Assembly: GCF_000829235.1 (NCBI RefSeq)
Contig: NZ_AP012549.1
Coordinates: forward strand, 630,001-662,000
Direction of reading: 5' to 3'
From: a cyanobacterium endosymbiont of Epithemia turgida isolate EtSB Lake Yunoko
Lineage (GTDB): Bacteria; Cyanobacteriota; Cyanobacteriia; Cyanobacteriales; Microcystaceae
DNA: 32,000 nt
The translations under genes were made by a program, and so were the position numbers. Numbering within the stretch: the first letter of the stretch is position 1; every line of letters starts with the position of its first letter. The notes under the pieces were generated by a model. It saw only the letters and a list, made by a program, of their open reading frames with translations, was not told where the DNA came from and made no database searches. Below are positions 1 to 10,474 of this stretch, one piece after another.

Positions 1-2405
1 ATCACTTAGGAAATCGTCGAGTACGCTCCGTGGGAGAACTGCTGCAAAATCAGGTAAGAGTTGGGTTAAATCGTCTAGAAAGGATTATTCGAGAACGGAT
101 GACAGTCAGTGAGTCGGATAGCCTCACTCCTGCTTCCTTAGTCAATCCTAAACCCTTAGTAGCTGCTATTAAGGAATTTTTTGGTTCTTCCCAACTGTCC
201 CAATTTATGGATCAAACCAATCCCCTAGCAGAATTAACCCATAAACGCCGAATCTCTGCCCTAGGTCCTGGAGGATTGACTCGGGAAAGAGCCGGCTTTG
301 CCGTCAGAGATATTCATCCATCCCACCACGGGCGAATCTGTCCTGTAGAAACACCTGAAGGACCTAATGCTGGGCTGATTGGCTCCTTAGCTACCTATGC
401 TAGAGTTAACTCCTATGGATTTATTGAAACTCCCTACTATAAGGTGGAGAATAGCCGGGTAAGGCGAGATTTAAACCCAGTGTACTTAACCGCTGATGAA
501 GAAGACGATCTACGGGTTTGTCCTGGGGATGCAGCCACTGATGAAGAGGGTAACATCTTAGGCGATACAGTCCCTATTCGTTACCGTCAAGAATTTTCCA
601 CCACCAGTCCAGCTCAGGTAGATTATATCGCCGTCTCTCCGGTGCAGATTGTCTCAGTAGCTACTTCCATGATTCCTTTCCTCGAACATGATGACGCCAA
701 CCGTGCTCTGATGGGGTCAAATATGCAACGCCAAGCGGTTCCTCTTCTACGTCCAGAACGTCCCCTAGTGGGTACTGGATTAGAAGCACAAGCAGCGCGA
801 GATTCAGGAATGGTAATCGTCAGCCGCACCAATGGGATTGTGACCTATGTAGATGCTTCAGAAATTCGAGTTCGAGTCACAGGACCGGAAAACCACGAAA
901 AATTAGGCGATGAAATCGTCTATCTTCTGCAAAAGTATCAACGGTCTAACCAGGATACTTGTTTAAATCAACGTCCGTTGGTTTATGTTAATGAGGATGT
1001 TGTCCCCGGCCAAGTGTTGGCTGATGGCTCAGCTACAGAAGGAGGAGAATTAGCCCTTGGGCAAAACATACTTGTCGCTTATATGCCCTGGGAAGGCTAC
1101 AACTACGAAGATGCCATCCTGATTAGTGAGCGACTGGTATACGACGATGTTTATACCAGTATTCACGTTGAAAAGTACGAGATTGAATCCCGACAGACTA
1201 AGTTGGGTCCGGAAGAGATTACCCGAGAAATTCCTAATGTTGGGGAAGATGCGCTAAGAAGTCTTGACGAACAAGGAATCATCCGGGTTGGGGCTTGGAC
1301 AGATGCTGGAGATATTTTGGTGGGGAAAGTAACCCCCAAAGGAGAATCGGACCAACCACCCGAAGAAAAGCTGCTGCGTGCAATTTTTGGAGAAAAAGCC
1401 AGGGATGTACGGGATAACTCTCTACGTGTTCCCAACGGAGAGAAAGGTCGTGTAGTTGATGTACGGGTATTTACCCGTGAACAAGGAGATGAATTGCCCC
1501 CAGGAGCCAACATGGTCGTTAGGGTTTATGTCGCTCAAAAGCGAAAAATCCAAGTAGGGGATAAAATGGCAGGTCGTCATGGGAATAAAGGGATTATTTC
1601 CCGAATTATGCCTATTGAAGATATGCCTTATCTTCCCGATGGTCGTCCTGTCGATATTGTGCTTAATCCTCTAGGAGTTCCTTCAAGGATGAATGTTGGT
1701 CAAGTTTTTGAATGCCTACTGGGTTGGGCAGGAGAAAATTTAGGAGTTCGGTCTAAGATTACTCCCTTTGACGAAATGTATGGAGCCGAAGCGTCGCGAA
1801 ATACCGTTTATGGTTTGTTGAAAAAGGCCTCACAAAAACATAAACGAAGTTGGATTTATCAGCCAGAAAATCCCGGAAAAATACAGGTGTTTGATGGACG
1901 CACAGGAGAGCCTTTTGATCGCCCAGTCACTGTCGGTCAGGTCTATATGTTGAAACTGGTCCACCTAGTGGATGATAAAATTCATGCTCGCTCAACTGGT
2001 CCTTATTCCTTAGTGACCCAACAACCTCTCGGGGGGAAGGCCCAACAAGGGGGACAACGGTTTGGAGAAATGGAGGTGTGGGCTTTAGAAGCCTACGGTG
2101 CGGCTTATACTCTTCAGGAATTATTAACCGTCAAGTCTGACGATATGCAAGGACGGAATGAGGCCCTCAATGCAATCGTTAAAGGTAAACCTATTCCTGA
2201 ACCAGGAACCCCTGAGTCCTTCAAAGTGTTGATGCGCGAATTACAATCCTTGGGCTTAGATATTGCCGTTCATAAAGTAGAGACTTCAGCTGATGGAACT
2301 AGCCGAGACGTGGAAGTTGACTTGATGGTGGATACCCAACGTAGGACACCGAATCGTCCTACATATGAATCGTTAACCACCAAAGACCTTGAAGAAGAAG
2401 CCTAA
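1..2405 (+). CDS. rpoB: DNA-directed RNA polymerase beta subunit, 3' portion; the 5' end lies outside the window
   Basis: The reading frame is open back to the window edge. Codons from position 3 read [17 protein letters not shown], so the GTG at 30 is not the real start. Hallmark RpoB motifs are present: [45 protein letters not shown], and [34 protein letters not shown]. Stop codon at 2403-2405. Confidence 0.97.
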   Translation, partial: HLGNRRVRSVGELLQNQVRVGLNRLERIIRERMTVSESDSLTPASLVNPKPLVAAIKEFFGSSQLSQFMDQTNPLAELTHKRRISALGPGGLTRERAGFAVRDIHPSHHGRICPVETPEGPNAGLIGSLATYARVNSYGFIETPYYKVENSRVRRDLNPVYLTADEEDDLRVCPGDAATDEEGNILGDTVPIRYRQEFSTTSPAQVDYIAVSPVQIVSVATSMIPFLEHDDANRALMGSNMQRQAVPLLRPERPLVGTGLEAQAARDSGMVIVSRTNGIVTYVDASEIRVRVTGPENHEKLGDEIVYLLQKYQRSNQDTCLNQRPLVYVNEDVVPGQVLADGSATEGGELALGQNILVAYMPWEGYNYEDAILISERLVYDDVYTSIHVEKYEIESRQTKLGPEEITREIPNVGEDALRSLDEQGIIRVGAWTDAGDILVGKVTPKGESDQPPEEKLLRAIFGEKARDVRDNSLRVPNGEKGRVVDVRVFTREQGDELPPGANMVVRVYVAQKRKIQVGDKMAGRHGNKGIISRIMPIEDMPYLPDGRPVDIVLNPLGVPSRMNVGQVFECLLGWAGENLGVRSKITPFDEMYGAEASRNTVYGLLKKASQKHKRSWIYQPENPGKIQVFDGRTGEPFDRPVTVGQVYMLKLVHLVDDKIHARSTGPYSLVTQQPLGGKAQQGGQRFGEMEVWALEAYGAAYTLQELLTVKSDDMQGRNEALNAIVKGKPIPEPGTPESFKVLMRELQSLGLDIAVHKVETSADGTSRDVEVDLMVDTQRRTPNRPTYESLTTKDLEEEA

Positions 2406-2488
2406 ACGGTGAATAGTAAGCAAGAATTAACCAAAATGGCAATCTAAAGCTTAACTATCAACTATTAACTGTTAACACATCAAAAAAT

Positions 2489-5400
2489 ATGACATTCTAT
2501 AATCACATCGTTGATAAAGGTCGTTTAAAAAAGTTAATTGCTTGGGCTTACCGAAACTATGGGTCTACGAAAAGCTCTCAAATGGCTGATAATTTAAAAG
2601 ATTTAGGATTTCGCTATGCCACCAAAGCTGGAGTGTCAATTAGCATTGATGACTTAACAATTCCTCCCACTAAAAAGGGATTACTCGATAGTGCTGAGCA
2701 ATCAATACGTGCCACTCAAGATCGCTATGCTAAAGGAGAAATTACTGAGGTTGAACGCTTTACTAAAGTAATTGACACTTGGAATAGTATATCAGAAGAA
2801 TTAAAAAATGAAGTAATTCGTAATTTTCAAGAAACCGATCCCCTCAATTCGGTATATATGATGGCATTTTCCGGCGCACGAGGAAATATGAGTCAAGTCC
2901 GTCAATTAGTAGGAATGCGGGGCTTAATGGCCGATCCTCAAGGGGAAATTATTGACTTACCCATTAAAACCAACTTCCGAGAAGGGTTAACCGTAACAGA
3001 ATACGTGATTTCTTCCTATGGAGCACGTAAAGGATTAGTAGATACGGCATTACGAACAGCCGACTCAGGCTATTTAACTCGTCGTTTAGTGGATGTTTCC
3101 CAAGATGTGATTGTGAGGGAATTAGACTGTGGAACTAAGCGGGGACTAAAAGTGGTTGCCATGAAAGATGGTGATCGTGTCAAAATTCCCCTAGCAGACC
3201 GTTTATTAGGACGGGTACTAGCTGAAGATATTGTCGTAGATGGGCAAGTGTTAGCTCAGCGCAATCAAAGTATTGATCCAGAACTTGCTTCCTTGATTAG
3301 TGAACATGTCGAAGAAGTCATGGTGCGATCTCCTTTGACCTGTGAGGCAGCTCGCTCAGTCTGTCAGCAGTGCTATGGTTGGAGTTTAGCTGCTGGTCGC
3401 CTCGTGGATTTAGGGGAAGCAGTAGGTATTATTGCTGCTCAATCTATCGGAGAACCAGGAACGCAATTAACTATGCGGACTTTCCACACTGGAGGAGTCT
3501 TTACCGGGGAAGTAGCCAGGGTAATCAAAGCTCCCAACAACGGAACCGTAACTTGGGGAAAAGGATTGAGCACTCGTAAAGTACGGACTCGTCATGGAGA
3601 TGAAGCCTTTCAAGTAGAAATTGCAGGGGATATCATTTGGACTCCAAACGGCTCAGGGAAAAAAGTAGCCAACTCCGTTACCCCAGGCTCCTTTATCTTT
3701 GTGGCTGATGGAACGGAAGTTGGCCCAGACCAGCTATTAGCTGAAGTGACTAATGCACGGATACAAAAGTCAACTGAACGGGCAACCAAAGATGTAACCA
3801 CTGATTTAGCAGGGGAAGTGCTTTTTGCCCAATTAATGCCAGAAGAAAAAACAGATCGCCAGGGAAATAGCACCCGTACTGCTCAACGAGGGGGGTTACT
3901 GTGGGTGCTGTCAGGGCAAGTCTATAACTTGCCGCCAGCAGCAGAACCCGTTGTCGCTAATGGAGATAAGGTTAAACCGGGGACGATTTTGGCAGAAACG
4001 AAATTAGTCTCAGTCAGTGGGGGTGTAGTGCGCACTGTAACTGGTAGTCGTGAAATTGAGATTATTACAGCCTCAGTTCTATTAGATGAAGCTGAAGTCA
4101 AGATGGAAGGTACCGGAAGTCGAGAACAATATGTTATACATACAGCCGAAGGACAGCAGTTTTTATTGTTGGCAGCTCCTCAAACCAAAGTACAAAATCA
4201 TTCCATCATTGCTGAATTAATTGATGATCGCTATCAGACTAATACTGGCGGAATTTTACGCTATGGTGGCATTGAAGTATCCAAAGGAAGTCGCAAGACA
4301 GGGTATGAAATAACTAAGGGGGGAAGTTTGTTATGGATTCCTGAAGAAACTCATGAAGTTAATAAAGATATTTCATTACTATTATCCGAGGATGGGCAGT
4401 TTGTTGAAGCAGGAACTGAAGTCGTCAAAGATATTTTCTGTGCCAGCAGTGGAGTGGTCGAAGTAGTTCAAAAAAATGATATTCTTCGAGAAATTATTAT
4501 TAAACCGGGAGACTTTTACTTTGATGTTGACCCAGATAAAGTTAGCATTGAAAACGGCGCATTAATTCCTCCAGGAACTCAAGTGTTATCTGATGTTACT
4601 ACTGGAAGTCTGTGTCAAGGAGAATGGATTGAAAGTCCCGATGGATTAGGCTTGCTGCTGCGTCCAGTTGAAGAATATCTTGTTTCAGACGAACCACTAG
4701 CTCCTTCTCAAGGATCCATTAATGACGATCAGGGACGGACTATTGAGTTAGTTCCTTGTCAAAAACTATTTTTTAAAGACGGAGAACGAGTTAAGTCAGT
4801 CGATGGCACCCAGTTGTTAAGTACGCAGCTAGTTTTAGAAATTTATCAGAAAGAATCGGAACATGGAACAAATCTCGTAGCTGACATTGAACTAAAAACT
4901 GATGAAAACGCTAACTGTCAACGATTACAGTTAGTTATTTTAGAATCTTTGGTTTTACGTCGAGATCTTGATAGTGATCCTCATGGAGGCAAGATCCAAA
5001 CTAATATACTGGTATCCAATGGAGAGCAAATTCCCCCTGGGGCTGTGGTGGCTAAGACAGAAATTCAGTCTACTTCTATCGGTGAAGTACGAGGAATTAA
5101 GCAAGGAATTGAAGCAATTCGCCGAATTTTAGTAGTACGGGATGACGACTTAGAAACCATTACTGTTGACAAAAAACCCATAGTTAGGCCAGAAGACTTA
5201 ATGGTAGCTGATGCTGAATTAGCCGCCGGCGTCAAAGTACAGTCGTCGGGACGGGTGGTAGCTGTCTCCCAAACTCAGGATAATTCAGGGTTTGAGGTTG
5301 TTTTACGTAGAGCTCGGCCTTATAGGGTCTCTCCTGGAGCTATTTTGCATATTGACGATGGAGATTTAGTCCAACGGGGGGATAATTTAGTCATATTGGT

Positions 5401-6424
5401 GTTTGAACGTTCTAAAACTGGGGATATCATCCAAGGACTGCCTCGAATTGAGGAATTGTTAGAAGCTCGTAAGCCGAAGGAGAGTTGTATACTAGCTCGA
5501 AAACCAGGTATTACTCAAGTTGAGTATTCAGATGATGAAATGGTGGATGTAAAGATTATTGAAGATGACGGAACAGTGAGTGAATACCCCATTCTTCCTC
5601 CCCAGAATGTGATGGTGTCTGATGGAACTCGTGTGGAAGTTGGTGATCAATTAACCGATGGACCGGCAAATCCTCATGAAATCCTAGAAGTATTTTTTGA
5701 TTATTACGTGGACTTGCTAGGGGTTTATGGAGCTGCTGTTAAGGGATTACGAGCTGCCCAAAAATTCTTAGTAAATCAAGTACAAATGGTTTATCAGTCA
5801 CAAGGGATTGATATTTCTGATAAGCATATTGAAGTCATTGTTCGCCAGATGACCGCTAAGGTTCGGGTAGATGATGGAGGAGATACCACCATGTTACCGG
5901 GGGAATTAGTTGAGTTGCGCCAAATTGAACAGGTCAATGAAGCGATGGCTATCACAGGAGGTGCGCCCGCTCGATATACCCCAATTCTTTTGGGAATTAC
6001 CAAAGCTTCCTTAAATACAGACTCGTTTATTAGTGCGGCTTCTTTTCAAGAGACAACTAGGGTTTTGACCGAGGCAGCGATAGAGGGTAAATCTGACTGG
6101 TTACGGGGTCTCAAAGAAAATGTGATTATCGGTCGTTTAATTCCAGCGGGAACAGGTTTTCATACCCATGAGGAGCTCTCCATGGGGAATGTAGAAATCG
6201 ACTCAGAACGGTTATCTCGTGTTACTGCATATAACAAGAGTGAATCAGAAAAATCTTGCTCATGGGAGTCCTTCGTTTCTTCCTCAGACTCTAACTCATC
6301 AGAACACTTATTAAAGTCCAATTTAGATGAAGTAGATGAGGATATGGTTCTTGATGATAATATTGCCCGTGCTTACACTAAATCTGATATCCCTTGGGAA
6401 CTTGATTCTAATACTACAGAGTAA
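2489..6424 (+). CDS. rpoC2: DNA-directed RNA polymerase beta-prime subunit, C-terminal half (cyanobacterial/plastid-type RpoC2)
   Basis: 1311 aa. The N-terminus ([18 protein letters not shown]...[29 protein letters not shown]) is the characteristic start of cyanobacterial RpoC2. Conserved beta-prime segments are present: [48 protein letters not shown], and [18 protein letters not shown]. The long lineage-specific insertion and C-terminal [13 protein letters not shown] / [12 protein letters not shown] are also present. Confidence 0.97.
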   Translation: MTFYNHIVDKGRLKKLIAWAYRNYGSTKSSQMADNLKDLGFRYATKAGVSISIDDLTIPPTKKGLLDSAEQSIRATQDRYAKGEITEVERFTKVIDTWNSISEELKNEVIRNFQETDPLNSVYMMAFSGARGNMSQVRQLVGMRGLMADPQGEIIDLPIKTNFREGLTVTEYVISSYGARKGLVDTALRTADSGYLTRRLVDVSQDVIVRELDCGTKRGLKVVAMKDGDRVKIPLADRLLGRVLAEDIVVDGQVLAQRNQSIDPELASLISEHVEEVMVRSPLTCEAARSVCQQCYGWSLAAGRLVDLGEAVGIIAAQSIGEPGTQLTMRTFHTGGVFTGEVARVIKAPNNGTVTWGKGLSTRKVRTRHGDEAFQVEIAGDIIWTPNGSGKKVANSVTPGSFIFVADGTEVGPDQLLAEVTNARIQKSTERATKDVTTDLAGEVLFAQLMPEEKTDRQGNSTRTAQRGGLLWVLSGQVYNLPPAAEPVVANGDKVKPGTILAETKLVSVSGGVVRTVTGSREIEIITASVLLDEAEVKMEGTGSREQYVIHTAEGQQFLLLAAPQTKVQNHSIIAELIDDRYQTNTGGILRYGGIEVSKGSRKTGYEITKGGSLLWIPEETHEVNKDISLLLSEDGQFVEAGTEVVKDIFCASSGVVEVVQKNDILREIIIKPGDFYFDVDPDKVSIENGALIPPGTQVLSDVTTGSLCQGEWIESPDGLGLLLRPVEEYLVSDEPLAPSQGSINDDQGRTIELVPCQKLFFKDGERVKSVDGTQLLSTQLVLEIYQKESEHGTNLVADIELKTDENANCQRLQLVILESLVLRRDLDSDPHGGKIQTNILVSNGEQIPPGAVVAKTEIQSTSIGEVRGIKQGIEAIRRILVVRDDDLETITVDKKPIVRPEDLMVADAELAAGVKVQSSGRVVAVSQTQDNSGFEVVLRRARPYRVSPGAILHIDDGDLVQRGDNLVILVFERSKTGDIIQGLPRIEELLEARKPKESCILARKPGITQVEYSDDEMVDVKIIEDDGTVSEYPILPPQNVMVSDGTRVEVGDQLTDGPANPHEILEVFFDYYVDLLGVYGAAVKGLRAAQKFLVNQVQMVYQSQGIDISDKHIEVIVRQMTAKVRVDDGGDTTMLPGELVELRQIEQVNEAMAITGGAPARYTPILLGITKASLNTDSFISAASFQETTRVLTEAAIEGKSDWLRGLKENVIIGRLIPAGTGFHTHEELSMGNVEIDSERLSRVTAYNKSESEKSCSWESFVSSSDSNSSEHLLKSNLDEVDEDMVLDDNIARAYTKSDIPWELDSNTTE

Positions 6425-6468
6425 GATTACTTAGATTAACGTGAGTTTAACTTAGAGATTTTATTAAC

Positions 6469-6525
6469 CCCTCAAACCAGTCCTTCAGTCTTATGGAAGG
6501 ACTGGTTTGAGGGAAATTTATTTAT
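6469..6525 (+). terminator. Rho-independent terminator candidate downstream of rpoC2
   Basis: Perfect 18-bp GC-containing stem: ccctcaaaccagtccttc (6469-6486) pairs with gaaggactggtttgaggg (6496-6513), with a 9-nt loop. It is followed by the A/T-rich aaatttatttatt and starts 45 bp after the rpoC2 stop. Confidence 0.6.
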
Positions 6526-6720
6526 TGACCTGTTGTTAATAGTGGGAGAATTACTAGCTTTTCAGCTAATAACTTACCTTCAGGTAAAGAACTGTAAAAT
6601 CAAGTAAATCATTAATATAACCTCAGTTCGATGTTAGAAGTTAGGTTATATTATAGGAATATGAAGATAAAGCATCATTAATATTAATACTTAATTGTTG
6701 TTAAACAAGCGAAAGAAATT

Positions 6721-7416
6721 ATGTCAAATCCTGGGAAAATATTGTTGGTAGATGATGAGCCTGGAATCCGCCAATCCACACAAGCTTACTTAGAATATAG
6801 TGGAGATTTTGAAGTTAAAGTTGCCAGTAATGCTAATCAAGCCTGGGAACTTATTGAGAAAAATATTCCTGATTTAGTCATTTCTGATATTATGATGCCA
6901 GAGGTAGATGGCTATCAATTTTTACAAAAACTTCGAGAACATGCCAAGTATAAAACTCTTCCCGTTGTTTTTTTGACCGCTAGAGGAATGACTTCAGATC
7001 GCATTCGAGGATATCAGTCTGGTTGTGATGCTTATTTATCTAAACCCTTTGATCCCGAAGAATTAGAAGCTATCATTAAAAGTCTACTTGAACGTCGACA
7101 AGTCAGTATTCAATCAAGTAGTGAGGCAACAAAACTAGAAGAAATTGCCCAGGAGATTCGAGAACTTAAAGCGCAAATTGTTCAACAGCCTCATTTAGTA
7201 ACTACTCCTCCTCCTCTTAAAATTGAATTAACGCCGCGAGAACAAAGTGTTTTAGACCTGGTAGCAGAAGGGCTAATGAATAAAGAGATTGCCGTGCGTT
7301 TGAATACCAGTGTAAGGAATGTAGAAAAATATGTTAGTCGTTTGTTTGGCAAAACAGGAACTAATAGCCGAACAGAATTAGTTCGCTTTTCCCTAAAACA
7401 CGGTCTAACAAATTGA
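6721..7416 (+). CDS. Two-component response regulator, NarL/FixJ (LuxR-type HTH) family
   Basis: 231 aa. The N-terminal receiver domain has ILLVDDEPGIR, DLVISDIMMPEVDG with the phospho-acceptor Asp context, and a conserved Lys in YLSKPF. The C-terminal LuxR-type HTH reads LTPREQSVLDLVAEGLMNKEIAVRLNTSVRNVEKYVSRLFGK. No histidine kinase gene is adjacent. Confidence 0.9.
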   Translation: MSNPGKILLVDDEPGIRQSTQAYLEYSGDFEVKVASNANQAWELIEKNIPDLVISDIMMPEVDGYQFLQKLREHAKYKTLPVVFLTARGMTSDRIRGYQSGCDAYLSKPFDPEELEAIIKSLLERRQVSIQSSSEATKLEEIAQEIRELKAQIVQQPHLVTTPPPLKIELTPREQSVLDLVAEGLMNKEIAVRLNTSVRNVEKYVSRLFGKTGTNSRTELVRFSLKHGLTN

Positions 7417-7785
7417 AATATAATCTTTAATTAATAGACAGAAACATAAATGTTGATATGATTTTTGTTTCTTATTCTATAGTTTAAGTCAATTTTGTTA
7501 ACTATTTTACTACAAAAACTAATTTATATACACTGAAAACATATTTTTGCTAGAATTGCTGTTTTAAAAAGTGTAAGGTTAAGATTTAGAAGCGACTTTC
7601 TAATTCTAGTTCTTCATGACGTTTTATGTCCTCTGTTTGTTTAAACTACTCAATTTAATTGTCCTGTGGAACTGATTAATCTATAACTTTTCCAATCTCT
7701 TCTCATTGGTCAAGGCATCAGATACTGAAATAACTTTATATATTACAGGGGTTTCCCCACTGCTCAATTAGTGCCAAAGTAAAAA

Positions 7786-7858
7786 TGCCAGGAGGCGGAT
7801 TTGAACCGCCGACACGAGGATTTTCAGTCCACTGCTCTACCAACTGAGCTATCCCGGC
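7786..7858 (-). tRNA. trnF: tRNA-Phe (anticodon GAA)
   Basis: The reverse complement reads GCCGGGATAGCTCAGTTGGTAGAGCAGTGGACTGAAAATCCTCGTGTCGGCGGTTCAAATCCGCCTCCTGGCA, 73 nt. It folds by hand into a cloverleaf: 7-bp acceptor stem with one G-U, D arm GCTC/GAGC, anticodon loop CTGAAAA, T arm GGCGG/CCGCC with loop TTCAAAT, discriminator A. The 3' CCA is not encoded. There is one U-U mismatch at positions 28/42 in the anticodon stem. Confidence 0.95.
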
Positions 7859-8195
7859 GACTAACTTTATTTAATCTCTCTTTTTTTGCTCTTTATAAGA
7901 GTAGCAAAAACTTTAGTCTATTGCAAGAGAAAAGATAAAATTTTCTGCAGTTTCCCCTTGAAGGCTATCTTAGCTTAATTAAGTTTTATGCTCGATGTGT
8001 TTGGAGAAGTCAATGATGTAGGAGTTATACCTCCAAAAATTGCGTTAAATATATTTTGGCTAAAAAAGATACAGTGGCAATTATGCCATTACCATCAAAA
8101 TTGTTCAATAATAGTCAAATATTTTAAGAAATGGTAAAAATTAATTTTAGTGTAAATGCTCTAAAACAAAATTTAAATTAAAATTAAGTTCAAGA

Positions 8196-8272
8196 GATAA
8201 TTCTCTTTAATATCAATTAAAGATTAATTCTTTAATTGATATTAAAGATTAATTCTTTAATTGATATTAACT
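8196..8272. repeat. Iteron-like array: two identical tandem 25-bp units preceded by an inverted copy of the 18-bp core
   Basis: Units agattaattctttaattgatattaa at 8221-8245 and 8246-8270 are identical. The 18-mer core ctttaattgatattaaag occurs at 8230-8247 and at 8255-8271 (17 of 18 bases). Its exact reverse complement, ctttaatatcaattaaag, occurs at 8205-8222. The three cores start 25 bp apart. Confidence 0.85.
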
Positions 8273-9383
8273 TTGACCTAATAAAAGCTTAAAAAATACT
8301 CAAAAAATGAGTAAAGATCACATCATACTTTTTGAGTATAATTTTATATATATCACACAATTGTTGTAAACTACAATAGTGGCATTAAACGACACAAGAA
8401 ATTATTTTTGATTAAAGAAATAAACTTTCACTAACTCTAAATGTTTGACCTTAGTGTTAATATACCAAATATAGAGATACAAGAAAATAGCCACTGGATC
8501 TTTCTAAGAGTTAAGTTGTCTAAACTCTTATTTTAGGAATTACCCCTATATTATCAGTATAATGTCAATTTTTACTCTTGATTTTGTGTTTTGAGACAAA
8601 TTAAATCACAGATAATTTGTCAATACATAACTACTACAATAGTATCTTTTTTATATAGCTTAATGAATAGTCGATAAATGCAATTTTTAAAAATATATGA
8701 AATCGGTAATTTATTAGGTAGAGTAATACTTGATAAAATTTTTAAAAACTCAATTTTAAAACGGAGATAGCTTATTGATAAGTCAAACTTTTGATAAAAT
8801 CCAAATTATCTTTTGTGACATTAGATATCATAAATTAATAGCTATTTACTGCTAAGATAATTGTTAATATCGCAATACTTTGTAAGATTCAGTTTAAATA
8901 GAGAGTATTTGTTAGATAATCAAAAAATTGTTAGAGTAATTTAAGTCAACTTACTTTATTTAGGATAAAGGAATTGTTGAGATTCTGGATAAGGATTAAC
9001 TTGATATAAATTTAACTATACTTCGCTATTTATTTACCTATAAAAAATATCCGAGCTATTAATTAGTAGCAGTTTACAGTTATGGATTAACTGAAGATCA
9101 TCTCTTTCATTTATAAAAATAAATATACTATTATTATAAATATTTTAAACTTATTAGCTACTAAATCATTCTACTTAGTCTAGAAGGACTACAATTTTTA
9201 CTTGTCCTTTTTGGATAATAAAGAAGCGATCAGATAGTTCTTTAAGCTTCAAAAACACACTCTCATTATTTCAGTACTCGCAAACTATACTAAATCTAGT
9301 TGCGAAAATTCATTCATCAATGATGGGAAAATACTCTAGATACAAACAATGCCTAGAAAATGTGATTTAGTCCTAAATATTAG

Positions 9384-9425
9384 TTTATTGAATCTACAAA
9401 ATTTTAATTTTGTAGATTCAATAAA
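9384..9425. repeat. Near-perfect 42-bp AT-rich palindrome
   Basis: tttattgaatctacaaaatt (9384-9403) and aattttgtagattcaataaa (9406-9425) are exact reverse complements separated by 2 nt. The element lies in ORF-free AT-rich DNA. Confidence 0.85.
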
Positions 9426-10474
9426 ATGGCATCCACTTTTGATAGTGTGCTTGTTATAGTAATAAGTTTTGATAAGTTTTATAAAATTTACCTAATAAAA
9501 TAGTTAATCAAGATAAAAAACATCAAAAAAATTTAAATTTTTTAAAAAAAGTAAATAAGAGAAAATAAATTTTTATTGTTTTATAAACTACTTTTAAAAT
9601 TAGTCCACAAATTAAAATTAAAACCAGTTAAATCAATAAATATAGACAAAAGTGAAAGCAGCTTGTTTTGTAGACAAAAAATTATGTTAGAAGAGTTTAC
9701 CTCTAAAAAGGAGGGAATTTAAAAAAAAGTTTAAATCCTCTTGTCATAGTCTAAAATCATAACATAGAAAAGGATACCCTCTTGAACAAAAAATATTTAT
9801 TAGCAAAAATACTCTTAAAAGTCAAAAAACTGGGAAACCTATATCTAAAAACCGAAGTATATAGTCTATTGATAAAAATATAGTTAAATTGTAGTCAATC
9901 AGAAGAAAAGTTTTATATTCTATGATGGCAGACAGTTTTATGAAAAAAATAAAAATATATTCGAAAATTACTATAGAATATTTGCTACCTTGTCCTACAA
10001 AATTAGGGTTATAAAAATGATTAAAGTATTTTGTACTAAAAACTACAACATAATTCTTTTTAAGTATCATATATTAGCAAATATGCTGTTCCTATTTTCA
10101 TAGTCTATAGTCCATTTATGTCCTAGTCATCAAAAATTATTAGTTTTTAGTGTATGGTGGGTTAGAAGCTAATTAATTATTGCTTACAATGAATGATTTG
10201 GCGAACAACTTGCCGTAACCTACAACTTAAAAACCTTTCATTATTCTTAGTATTGACTTGATAAATTACATCTTATAATCTTAATTTTATAAAAATAGAA
10301 TATAAAAAAGATTAGTTAAAAGTAGTTTTAATAAAACATGTTAAGTATTTATTAGTTAAACTTCAGTTGGTTAAAATATTAAACATTACAGTCTCAATTT
10401 GTATTGACAGAAAAAACATATGTTTACAGAAAGTACATAAATTAAATCTAACTAATTTACTATTTAAAATCAAG

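Noticed and set aside
623-1513. Minus-strand ORFs 623-832 and 1163-1513 inside rpoB
   Set aside because: They are antisense to a strongly supported conserved gene. Their Arg/Ser/Pro-rich translations are typical of an alternative frame, and I recognise no motifs.
3370-6003. ORFs 3370-3579 (+), 3610-3873 (-) and 5794-6003 (-) inside rpoC2
   Set aside because: They are alternative-frame or antisense ORFs nested in rpoC2 and show no family features.
8196-8272. CRISPR array
   Set aside because: There are only three short 18-bp cores with identical 7-nt linkers rather than unique spacers. One copy is inverted, and no cas genes are present in the window.
9822-10070. 82-aa minus-strand ORF in the desert upstream of dam
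   Set aside because: The Phe/Ile/Tyr/Asn-rich low-complexity translation is what AT-rich DNA yields by chance. There are no motifs and no compositional island. It could be a fossil, but that is not supportable.
10141-10235. A slightly GC-richer patch (gtatggtgggttagaagc ... ggcgaacaacttgccgtaacctacaac) as an ncRNA or small repeat-element remnant
   Set aside because: I could build no convincing secondary structure by hand and found no second copy in the window. I could not support any call.
10253-10279. TTGACT-15 nt-TATAAT as a defined promoter for dam
   Set aside because: The hexamers are near-consensus, but the 15-nt spacer is short. The element lies about 195 bp from the ATG, and such matches are common by chance in AT-rich DNA. 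I mention it only as a candidate within the dam finding.
10367-10474. TTG-initiated 36-codon N-terminal extension of the Dam ORF, and the overlapping minus-strand ORF 10363-10548
   Set aside because: The extension has no similarity to Dam N-termini, and the conserved LKWAGGK box would sit unusually deep in the protein. The first ATG at 10475 is more plausible. The minus-strand ORF is a chance ORF in AT-rich sequence.
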